Assembly: GCA_964397115.1 (NCBI GenBank)
Contig: CAYNIH010000001.1
Location: 1 to 33,259, forward strand
Direction of reading: 5' to 3'
Length of the DNA stretch: 33,259 bases
Origin: an uncultured Roseivirgaceae bacterium
GTDB lineage: Bacteria > Bacteroidota > Bacteroidia > Cytophagales > Cyclobacteriaceae
Below, piece by piece: positions 26,365 through 33,259 of the stretch (its first letter is position 1; the number at the start of each line of letters is the position of its first letter). The notes beneath the pieces were generated by a model, which was given only the letters and a program-made list of their open reading frames with translations, was not told the DNA's origin and searched no databases. Made by a program: the position numbers and the translations under genes.

Positions 26365-27320
26365 TGAACCGTTCCGTTGCACAAGGCTTGTTTAAAGGTG
26401 CGGTACTCCGTCCACATGGAAGTCAAGACCTCAGCCGCAGGCTTGATGGAGTGAATGGCCGCGGCCACCTGGCCTATTTCCAGTTCGCCTTCGTCCAGGT
26501 CGCCTTCAAACATTCCTTTCTTTGCACGTGCCCTGCCCAGCAGGTTTTTCAACTCTTCAGCCGAGGCCCCGCGCCTTTCAGCTTCCGCTACCTGTTCATA
26601 AAATTTATTTTTGATCAATCGCACGGGGGTAAGTTGCTTCATCGTAAGCATGGTATCGCCTTCGCCAGCTTCTACAATTTTTTGTTTGAAGTTTTTATGA
26701 AGAGACGCCTCTTCGGTTGCCGCAAAGCGGCTGCCTACCTGAACGCCATCGGCACCGAGGGCGAAGGCCGCCAGCACACCCCGGCCATCAGCAATACCGC
26801 CCGCGGCCAACAACGGAATTGACACCGCATCGCGCACCAGCGGAATGAGTACAAAGGTGGTGGTCTCTTCGCGGCCGTTGTGCCCGCCCGCTTCAAATCC
26901 TTCGGCAACGATGGCATCAACCCCGGCTTGCTCGGCCTTTCGGGCAAATTTTACACTGGAAACAACATGAACGACCGTGACGCCCTGTTCCTTCAGGCGC
27001 GGAGTCCACGTTGCCGGATTGCCGGCCGAAGTAAACACAATGCGCACCCCTTCTTCGATAATGATGGTTATCAGCTTTTCAATATCCGGGTACAGCAGGG
27101 GCACGTTTACCCCAAAAGGTTTTGAGGTTGCCTGTTTGCATTTGCGGATGTGTTCGCGAAGCACCTCAGGATACATCGATCCGGCCCCGAGCAGTCCAAG
27201 TCCGCCCGCATTGCTTACCGCTGAAGCCAGCCGCCATCCGCTGGTCCATACCATTCCTGCCTGTATAATGGGTACATCAATGTTGAATAAGCGGGTTATC
27301 CGGTTGTTGTATCGTTCCAT
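26361..27320 (-). CDS. NAD(P)H-dependent flavin oxidoreductase, nitronate monooxygenase / FabK-like family
   Basis: It is strongly FabK/NMO-like throughout (PIIQAGMVW, FGVNVPLL, VDAIVAEGFEAGGH, AAGGIADGRG, GADGVQVGSRF). I cannot separate FabK from NMO function by eye. Confidence 0.85.
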   Translation of the reverse strand: MERYNNRITRLFNIDVPIIQAGMVWTSGWRLASAVSNAGGLGLLGAGSMYPEVLREHIRKCKQATSKPFGVNVPLLYPDIEKLITIIIEEGVRIVFTSAGNPATWTPRLKEQGVTVVHVVSSVKFARKAEQAGVDAIVAEGFEAGGHNGREETTTFVLIPLVRDAVSIPLLAAGGIADGRGVLAAFALGADGVQVGSRFAATEEASLHKNFKQKIVEAGEGDTMLTMKQLTPVRLIKNKFYEQVAEAERRGASAEELKNLLGRARAKKGMFEGDLDEGELEIGQVAAAIHSIKPAAEVLTSMWTEYRTFKQALCNGTVQ

Positions 27321-27417
27321 GCGGCTTAAAATACCAAAAACAGCGGTGAAACATGACCTATGGTTCTGAATATCTGAAACTTACTGATGCGATAGGGGTT
27401 GGCCGGCAAGGGTTGAG

Positions 27418-27524
27418 TTGTCCACAAAGAAATGATTGATTTTTAATTGCCTAATAAACTGTATTACAGTAATTTAAGAGTAAATATTCCCGTAATGTGG
27501 ATAACTAGCTTTTTTTGTGGATTT
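27418..27524. promoter_or_regulatory. Cluster of DnaA-box-like 9-mers flanking an AT-rich tract in a divergent intergenic region
   Basis: TTGTCCACA (27418-27426) has one mismatch to TTATCCACA. TGTGGATAA (27496-27504) is the perfect reverse complement of TTATCCACA. TGTGGATTT (27516-27524) has two mismatches. The tract between boxes 1 and 2 (about 27438-27490) is strongly AT-rich. Confidence 0.35.
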
Positions 27525-27674
27525 CTTTTCTGCTTTTTTTCACTCAATTTATAAGTGCCTGAATTTTAGGCATTTTGCCGTTTATCAAAATAAAAGACCC
27601 GATCGCATCAAACAGGCCCGTTGATACCTTTAATTTGGGAACAACTTTTGCCCGTTAACCGTTTTTTAAACCTG

Positions 27675-28148
27675 ATGAAACATCTTCTTACCATTATCCT
27701 TATTGGCTGCGGGCTGACCGCTGGCGCCCAGCAAGCCAAGATCATTACTCTGCCCCAGTTGCAGGAGTTGATGGGCCAGAAGGCCGATCACATCAAAGTA
27801 ATTAACTTCTGGGCTACCTGGTGTGCCCCCTGCGTTAAAGAGATTCCGTTGTTTGAAAAATTAGGCCAGCAGCGTACCGATGTAAGAGTTACGCTTGTAA
27901 GCATGGACCTTGACCTTGACCCTGACCCCGAAAAAGTTTACCGCTTTATTGCCAGAAAAAAGCTGCAATCCGAAGTGGTTATTCTCAATGAAAAAGACCC
28001 TAATTCGTACATCAACCAGATTGACAAAAACTGGTCGGGGGCTATTCCCGCTACTCTCATCATTAACAGCCGCACCGGTAAAAGAAAATTTGTTGAGCGG
28101 GAACTGCACGATGGCGAACTTGAAAAATTAATTTCAGAAATAGAGTAA
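27675..28148 (+). CDS. Exported TlpA/ResA-like thiol:disulfide oxidoreductase (thioredoxin fold)
   Basis: The start is taken at MKHLLTIILIGCGLTAGAQ (signal peptide or lipobox IGCG). It has the CxxC active site in the context NFWATWCAPCVKEIP. Confidence 0.85.
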   Translation: MKHLLTIILIGCGLTAGAQQAKIITLPQLQELMGQKADHIKVINFWATWCAPCVKEIPLFEKLGQQRTDVRVTLVSMDLDLDPDPEKVYRFIARKKLQSEVVILNEKDPNSYINQIDKNWSGAIPATLIINSRTGKRKFVERELHDGELEKLISEIE

Positions 28149-28174
28149 TTGTTTAACCATTAACCAAATCAGCT

Positions 28175-28786
28175 ATGATCAGATCATTATTTATTGCCGC
28201 TGCCAGTATCCTGCTGCTAAGTGCGGGGGCTCCTGTAAAATCAGGATATGATGTTGGCGACAAGGTGGCCGACTTCAAGCTCAAAAATGTAGACGGCAAA
28301 ATGATTTCCCTTTCCGACTACAAGAATGCTAAAGGAGTTATTGTAATTTTTGATTGCAATACCTGCCCTTACTCAAAAGCCTATAACGAACGCATCATGG
28401 CGCTCAATAAAAAGTATGCATCGCAGGGATTTCCCGTAGTGGCCATTCAACCCAACGATCCGGCCATCTCTCCGGGCGATTCGTTTGATGAAATGAAAAA
28501 ACTTGCCGAGAAAAAAGGATATGACTTTCCGTACCTGTTTGACGAAACCCAGGTGGTTTCAAAAACTTTCGGTGCTACCAACACGCCCCATGTTTTTCTG
28601 CTGGCAAAAGAGGGTGCCGATTTCAAAGTGGCCTACATCGGTGCAATTGATGACAATGCTAAAGATGCTTCGGCCGTTTCAAAAAGGTATGTAGAGGATG
28701 CCATTCAGGCCATTACCAGCGGCCAGGCTGTTACCACGCAAAAAACCAAGGCCATCGGTTGTACCATTAAATGGAAGAATGCCTGA
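28175..28786 (+). CDS. Exported thioredoxin-fold / redoxin (AhpC-TSA-like) family protein
   Basis: It has the signal peptide MIRSLFIAAASILLLSAGA. It has a CxxC-type site FDCNTCPYS in redoxin context, plus NTPHVFLL (cis-Pro loop) and a C-terminal GCTIKWK. Confidence 0.8.
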   Translation: MIRSLFIAAASILLLSAGAPVKSGYDVGDKVADFKLKNVDGKMISLSDYKNAKGVIVIFDCNTCPYSKAYNERIMALNKKYASQGFPVVAIQPNDPAISPGDSFDEMKKLAEKKGYDFPYLFDETQVVSKTFGATNTPHVFLLAKEGADFKVAYIGAIDDNAKDASAVSKRYVEDAIQAITSGQAVTTQKTKAIGCTIKWKNA

Positions 28787-28813
28787 TCTGCTTTTAATAA
28801 AGCATACCAGATG

Positions 28814-28844
28814 AAAACCCCGCACTACCGAGCGGGGTTTTTTG
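28814..28844 (+). terminator. Rho-independent terminator after the thioredoxin-fold gene pair
   Basis: The sequence is AAAACCCCGC-actaccga-GCGGGGTTTTTTG. It has a 6-bp GC stem (28818-28823 / 32-37) preceded by an A-tract and followed by a T6 run, 28 nt after the stop at 28786. Confidence 0.75.
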
Positions 28845-28857
28845 TTACCTTCCCTTC

Positions 28858-30618
28858 ATGAAACTTCCTTCCCTGCAAAGCCTGGCCACAGGTTTACTCA
28901 CAGTTACCAGGCGTTTCCCGCTTGAACTTGCAGCCGCTTTTGTTGGCACTGTGTGCGCCATGCTGCTATTTGAACAAGCCTATCCCGAGGCAGAAGAACG
29001 AATTATCCTGCTGCTGTTGTGCAGCGTGCTGGGGCTTGCGTTGTTTCTGTCGCTATCGGCTTTTGCGGAATCACGCCACCTTTCGGTAAGAAACAACCTC
29101 CTAATGAAAATTGCCGGGCTCGGTTTCATCGTGGTGATTTTTTTCTCCCTCCATCCGGTTTCCGATGAAAGCAATGTTTTCCGTTTCGTATTTCTTTTTG
29201 TGGCTTTTCATCTGCTGGTATCGTTTGCTCCATTCATTTACCGCGGAACAATGGAAGGTTTTTGGGAGTACAACATGCGCCTCTTTCTCCGCATCCTTAC
29301 AGCAGGACTGTACAGCACGGTACTCTATGCCGGCCTGGCCGTAGCCTTGTTAAGTACCGATGCCCTGTTTGATTTTACCATTCGCTCTGAAATTTACGGC
29401 CACCTGTTTGCCCTTGTGTTCGGAATGTTTAACACCGCTTTTTTTCTGGCGGGCTTTCCGGCCGAATGGAAAACCCTTGACGAACCTCACAGCTATCCGA
29501 AAGGATTAAAAATCTTTACGCAGTATGTGCTGATTCCGCTGGCTACAATTTATCTGGGTATTCTGCTTACCTATGAAGGAAAATTGATTATCGAATGGTC
29601 GCTGCCCAAAGGCATCGTTTCAACGCTGGTACTGGGTTATGCCGTGTACGGCATGCTGTCTATATTACTGGTACACCCGGTGCGGTTCGATCCAGACAAC
29701 CGGTGGATAATGACCTTCTCAAAATTCTTTTACCTGTTGCTCATCCCGTTAATCCTGTTGCTGGGCAGCGCGGTTTACCTTCGTGTTAATCAATATGGTG
29801 TAACGGAAAGTCGTTACATTTTGATTTTGCTGAGCCTCTGGTTAACCGGAGTAACCATCTATTTCCTTTCGAGCCGTCTGCAAAATATTAAAGTAATACC
29901 CGTTAGCCTTTGCCTGGTGGCGCTGGTGGCTGTTTGGGGACCTCAGAGTGCCTCCGCGGTGTCAAGGCAATCGCAGGTTAGGCGGCTGTTTGCATTTTTT
30001 GAAGAAAAAAATTCAGTTTCCAACGGCAAACTTGTTCCGCTTAAAAACGCTGCCGGAAGCGGGGAGGCGACCAGGATACTGCAATACCTGATTAAGCGGC
30101 ATGGGCCCGAATCCTTGCAGAATTACCTGCTCATTGATGTGGACTCGTTAACACGATCGGCCGACACCCTTAACTACCGCTATGCCCGCGACTATGAGCG
30201 GCTTGAGCTGACCAGAAGGTACCTTAACCTGCAACACGAGTCCGAAAGCGCTGAAGAAACGGTGTATTACTCAGCCGAAGCCCCGATTACCGACAGCCTT
30301 TTCATTGCCGGGTACCGGTACCTGATAAAAGTTCAATATCCCGCTTCTGCCAGTAATTTGCCTTACAACTGGACTGTCCGCGGAACGGAGTTTGTCTTTA
30401 ACGGAAAAGTCCATCAGGCTACATTCAATTTACAGGCCCTGGTAGATACCGTGCAAAACAGAGGGACTCAAACAAGACATGTAATCCTGACCGATAAGGA
30501 ATTTTACTGCATTGATGAAGCCTTCGGCCACCGGTTGGTTATTGACTACCTCAGTTTTACGCTAATCAACGGTAAGCCCGAGATTCAGAATTTCAATGGA
30601 ATATTGCTAATCCGGTAA
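28858..30618 (+). CDS. Polytopic membrane protein with soluble C-terminal domain (DUF4153-like)
   Basis: The 586-aa protein has about 10 hydrophobic helices in the first roughly 370 aa, then a hydrophilic C-terminal domain of about 210 aa. The DUF4153 label is recalled from similar Bacteroidota proteins, not verified. Confidence 0.65.
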   Translation: MKLPSLQSLATGLLTVTRRFPLELAAAFVGTVCAMLLFEQAYPEAEERIILLLLCSVLGLALFLSLSAFAESRHLSVRNNLLMKIAGLGFIVVIFFSLHPVSDESNVFRFVFLFVAFHLLVSFAPFIYRGTMEGFWEYNMRLFLRILTAGLYSTVLYAGLAVALLSTDALFDFTIRSEIYGHLFALVFGMFNTAFFLAGFPAEWKTLDEPHSYPKGLKIFTQYVLIPLATIYLGILLTYEGKLIIEWSLPKGIVSTLVLGYAVYGMLSILLVHPVRFDPDNRWIMTFSKFFYLLLIPLILLLGSAVYLRVNQYGVTESRYILILLSLWLTGVTIYFLSSRLQNIKVIPVSLCLVALVAVWGPQSASAVSRQSQVRRLFAFFEEKNSVSNGKLVPLKNAAGSGEATRILQYLIKRHGPESLQNYLLIDVDSLTRSADTLNYRYARDYERLELTRRYLNLQHESESAEETVYYSAEAPITDSLFIAGYRYLIKVQYPASASNLPYNWTVRGTEFVFNGKVHQATFNLQALVDTVQNRGTQTRHVILTDKEFYCIDEAFGHRLVIDYLSFTLINGKPEIQNFNGILLIR

Positions 30619-30698
30619 CTCCCTTAATTAATTATGATTTAATCCCCACATCGCATTAAATCAATCTTAGAAGTTTAATTTGAACAAACCATTGTCTC

Positions 30699-32234
30699 AT
30701 GCGCAGCGTACCTGTATTTCTTCTTTTTTTCTTTGTATTGGGATGTTCATCAAAAAAGGAAACTTATCCCGTACTGAAAGAGGCCGTAGCAAACCTGTAC
30801 GATCCTTCCCTCGCGCCATTTTATCATGGCGTAGCTTCGGGCGACCCTTTGCCTGACCGCGTGATCATCTGGACACGGGTGACCCCTCCTGATTCGTTGC
30901 CTCGTATTCCGGTTACCTGGGAAATTGCAGCCGACAAAGAGTTTACCTCGATCATCAAATCCGATACGCTAAGTACAACTCCTGCACGCGACTATACCGT
31001 TAAAGTTGATGTAACGGGTCTTACCCCAGCTACCTACTACTTCTATCGCTTTAAGACGCTGGATAAGGTTTCACCTGCGGGCCGGACCAAAACAGCACCT
31101 AGGAACAACCGCGACAGCCTTACCTTTGCCGTGGTGAGTTGCAGCAACTGGGAGTGGGGCTACTTTAATGCCTACGCCAGCATTGCCGATAAAAATGTAG
31201 ATGCCGTGCTGCACCTGGGCGATTACATCTACGAATACGGCATTGGCCGCTATGGCGACACCACCATTGGACGCTATAACCTGCCTCCACACGAAATTGT
31301 TTCGCTGCAGGACTACCGCACTCGCCACTCGCTTTACCGGCTGGATGACGGATTGCGTGCCATGAGCGCTGCCCATCCGCTTATTGCCATCTGGGATGAC
31401 CACGAAGTGGCCAATAACACCTACAAATCGGGCGCGCAAAATCATCAGCCCGACAAAGAAGGCGATTTCTTTGCGCGAAGAGATGCCGCCAAAAAAGCCT
31501 ATTATGAGTGGATTCCGATCCGCGAAAGCGATAAACACTACCGGTCCTTTGATTTCGGGAACCTGGCAAAATTGATTATGCTGGATGAGCGCCTTGAAGG
31601 TCGTGATGCGCCACCGTCCACGCCTGAAGAAGCCCAGCAACAGCGCTCCATGCTGGGCGATGAACAACTCCAGTGGCTTTTCGAAAACCTCAAAACCCAG
31701 TCGCAATGGAAGGTAATTGGCAACCAGGTCATTTTCTCCGATGTTGACCTGCGGGCCGTTTATCCGAAAATGCCCCGCAACCTCGACTCCTGGGACGGCT
31801 ACCTGACCGAGAAAGAGCAGATCAAAAAATTCATTGCTGAAAGCAAAATGAGTGATGTTGTTTTTGTTACCGGTGATACCCATGCTGCCTGGGGAATTGA
31901 GGTGGCAACCGATGTTGCAAAAACCTACAATCCGAAAACCTCTGCCGGAGCTTTTGCCGTTGAGTTTGGCGCAACCAGTGTAACCTCAGCTAACGACAAC
32001 GAATACAGAAGCACCGACACGGTGAAGATGATGGAAGCTGTTATGCTGGCGAACAATCCCCACATCAAATACCTCAACGACCGCGACCACGGGTACCTGC
32101 TCCTTACCCTGAAACCTGACAAGGCAATTGCCAAATATTACGTTATGGAAACCCTTCGCAAACCCGACAAACGGGAGCGCCTTGAAAAAACGCTGGAAGT
32201 GGAGAAAGGGAAAACCCGGTTAAATCAGAGGTAA
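30699..32234 (+). CDS. phoD: Alkaline phosphatase D family lipoprotein (PhoD-like metallophosphatase)
   Basis: It has the lipobox VLGCSS and the N-terminal PhoD_N pattern FYHGVASGDPLPDRVIIWTR. It also has metallophosphatase motifs (HLGDYIYEY, WDDHEVANN, GDTHAAW). Confidence 0.9.
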   Translation: MRSVPVFLLFFFVLGCSSKKETYPVLKEAVANLYDPSLAPFYHGVASGDPLPDRVIIWTRVTPPDSLPRIPVTWEIAADKEFTSIIKSDTLSTTPARDYTVKVDVTGLTPATYYFYRFKTLDKVSPAGRTKTAPRNNRDSLTFAVVSCSNWEWGYFNAYASIADKNVDAVLHLGDYIYEYGIGRYGDTTIGRYNLPPHEIVSLQDYRTRHSLYRLDDGLRAMSAAHPLIAIWDDHEVANNTYKSGAQNHQPDKEGDFFARRDAAKKAYYEWIPIRESDKHYRSFDFGNLAKLIMLDERLEGRDAPPSTPEEAQQQRSMLGDEQLQWLFENLKTQSQWKVIGNQVIFSDVDLRAVYPKMPRNLDSWDGYLTEKEQIKKFIAESKMSDVVFVTGDTHAAWGIEVATDVAKTYNPKTSAGAFAVEFGATSVTSANDNEYRSTDTVKMMEAVMLANNPHIKYLNDRDHGYLLLTLKPDKAIAKYYVMETLRKPDKRERLEKTLEVEKGKTRLNQR

Positions 32235-32311
32235 CCGTTCACGTTTACGCACATTAAAATTAAATGCATCTTTATACCGAAACTTTATGCCGGGTTTCCT
32301 AAGTTGCCCTT

Positions 32312-33259
32312 ATGGCCGAAACAAAAAAACTCTTCTTGCTGGATGCCTATGCACTTATTTACCGGGCTCATTTTGCATTTACCAAAACCCCTCGCATCAA
32401 CTCAAAGGGAATCAACACTTCCGTTCCGTTCGGCTTTACCAACACGCTGCTGGAGGTCATTCAAAAACAAAAACCTACCCACATTGGTGTTGCCTTTGAT
32501 ACAGCCGCCCCAACTTTTCGCGATGAGATTTTCGATGCCTACAAAGCCACCCGGCAGGAAACACCCGAGGACATCCGTTACGGACTCCCGAAAGTAAAGG
32601 AGATTATCCGGGGATTTAACATCCCCATCCTTGAGTTGGACGGCTATGAGGCCGATGACATCATCGGTACACTGGCAAAACAAGCTGCCCGGCAGGGTTT
32701 TGAGGTGTATATGATGACACCCGACAAGGACTTCGGCCAACTGGTTACCGACAAGATCAAACTCTACAAGCCGGCCTACATGGGCAATGCGGTTGACGTG
32801 CTCGGCCCTAAAGAAGTATGCGAAAAGTGGGACATCAATAATGTTTCGCAGGTAATTGATATGCTCGGCCTGCAGGGCGACAGTTCCGATAACATTCCGG
32901 GCATTCCGGGCGTGGGGCCCAAAACTGCCGCTGCGCTGCTTAAACAATATGGCAGTATCGAAAACATTCTGAAACATACCGATGAACTGAAGGGAAAGCA
33001 AAAAGAATTGTTCGAAAAGTTTAGCGAGCAAGCCTTGCTGTCGAAAAAACTGGCTACTATCATTACCGATGTTCCGGTGGTCTTTAACCCAACCGAACTG
33101 GAATACACCGGGCCCAATCCTGAAATGCTTAAACCGATTTTTCAGGAACTGGAGTTTAAAACCATCATGTCTCGAGTGTTTAACGAGCCCTCAACGGCAC
33201 CGTTAAAACCTATAGGCGCACAACTCTCTATGTTCGGTGCAAAAGGTCCTTCAGCCGAA
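32312..33259 (+). CDS. polA: DNA polymerase I, N-terminal 5'-3' exonuclease domain (3' end runs off the window)
   Basis: This ORF is not in the supplied track because it has no stop in the window. ATG 32312 gives MAETKKLFLLDAYALIYRAHFAF...THIGVAFDTAAPTFRDEIFDAYKATRQETPEDI...LDGYEADDIIGTLAKQA...GIPGVGPKTAAALLKQYGSIENI, the classic Pol I 5'-nuclease/H3TH motifs. The frame is open to base 33259. Confidence 0.95.
   Translation, partial: MAETKKLFLLDAYALIYRAHFAFTKTPRINSKGINTSVPFGFTNTLLEVIQKQKPTHIGVAFDTAAPTFRDEIFDAYKATRQETPEDIRYGLPKVKEIIRGFNIPILELDGYEADDIIGTLAKQAARQGFEVYMMTPDKDFGQLVTDKIKLYKPAYMGNAVDVLGPKEVCEKWDINNVSQVIDMLGLQGDSSDNIPGIPGVGPKTAAALLKQYGSIENILKHTDELKGKQKELFEKFSEQALLSKKLATIITDVPVVFNPTELEYTGPNPEMLKPIFQELEFKTIMSRVFNEPSTAPLKPIGAQLSMFGAKGPSAE

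Noticed and set aside
26361-27320. Calling the flavin oxidoreductase fabK (enoyl-ACP reductase II)
   Set aside because: Similarity to FabK-type sequences is strong by eye, but the NMO/FabK family cannot be functionally split without phylogeny or active-site comparison. No fab genes are adjacent, so the gene symbol is left empty.
26401-27960. Using local GC skew to support the oriC idea
   Set aside because: I hand-tallied about 300 nt on each side of the intergenic region. This gave C>G on the plus strand on both sides, strongly on the left and marginally on the right. That is dominated by gene-specific composition and is far too small a sample. I treat it as uninformative rather than as evidence for or against.
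32304-33117. ORFs 32304-32597(+), 32402-33031(-) and 32776-33117(-)
   Set aside because: The real gene here is polA in the frame starting at ATG 32312 (MAETKKLFLLDAYALIYRAHF...). It is missing from the track only because it has no stop before the window end. The listed ORFs are off-frame or antisense shadows.
1-33259. Defence island, prophage, integrative element or toxin-antitoxin content
   Set aside because: I looked for integrase, transposase or recombinase genes, reverse transcriptase, nucleases or ATPases of known defence systems, restriction-modification motifs, phage structural genes and flanking tRNA genes. I found none. Composition and gene content look like core chromosome.

Overview
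This window looks like a core-chromosome segment of a Bacteroidota genome, probably Chitinophagia/Sphingobacteriia-like. That placement is an inference from gene content: Reg_prop/Y_Y_Y and BNR proteins, many lipoprotein and signal peptides, and GCGAAGC-type palindromic repeats. I can support about 33 protein-coding genes, two of them cut by the window edges: an acyl-CoA synthetase at the 5' end and DNA polymerase I at the 3' end. I found no rRNA, tRNA, CRISPR array, integrase/transposase, phage gene or recognisable defence gene. Gene content is housekeeping and envelope-related. It includes fatty-acid activation, DinB/dienelactone hydrolase/2OG-oxygenase enzymes, a minimal histidine kinase and a receiver-only regulator, a BASS transporter plus acyltransferase, and a large BNR/sortilin-like protein. 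It also includes hutF-hutG, a PBP4/GH3 peptidoglycan-trimming cluster, recG, an NMO/FabK-like oxidoreductase, exported thiol-redox proteins, PhoD and polA. Five things are not explained by ordinary annotation. (1) Four tandem palindromic repeat units fill the gap between the convergent kinase and regulator genes, and a diverged inverted copy lies 6 kb away. (2) A tightly coupled six-gene string joins DinB, PBP4, GH3, two tandem single-TM coiled-coil mini-proteins and HutG; the GH3 enzyme itself ends in a coiled-coil tail. (3) An 879-aa propeller/Y_Y_Y sensor-type protein ends in TM helices with no output domain. (4) A 354-bp AT-rich intergenic region at 27.3-27.7 kb carries DnaA-box-like 9-mers exactly where gene orientation switches from a long minus-strand run to a plus-strand run, making it a weak oriC candidate. 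(5) The kinase and regulator form a sensor-less, output-less two-component pair. None of these is proven novel from sequence alone, and all are flagged as hypotheses with explicit tests.
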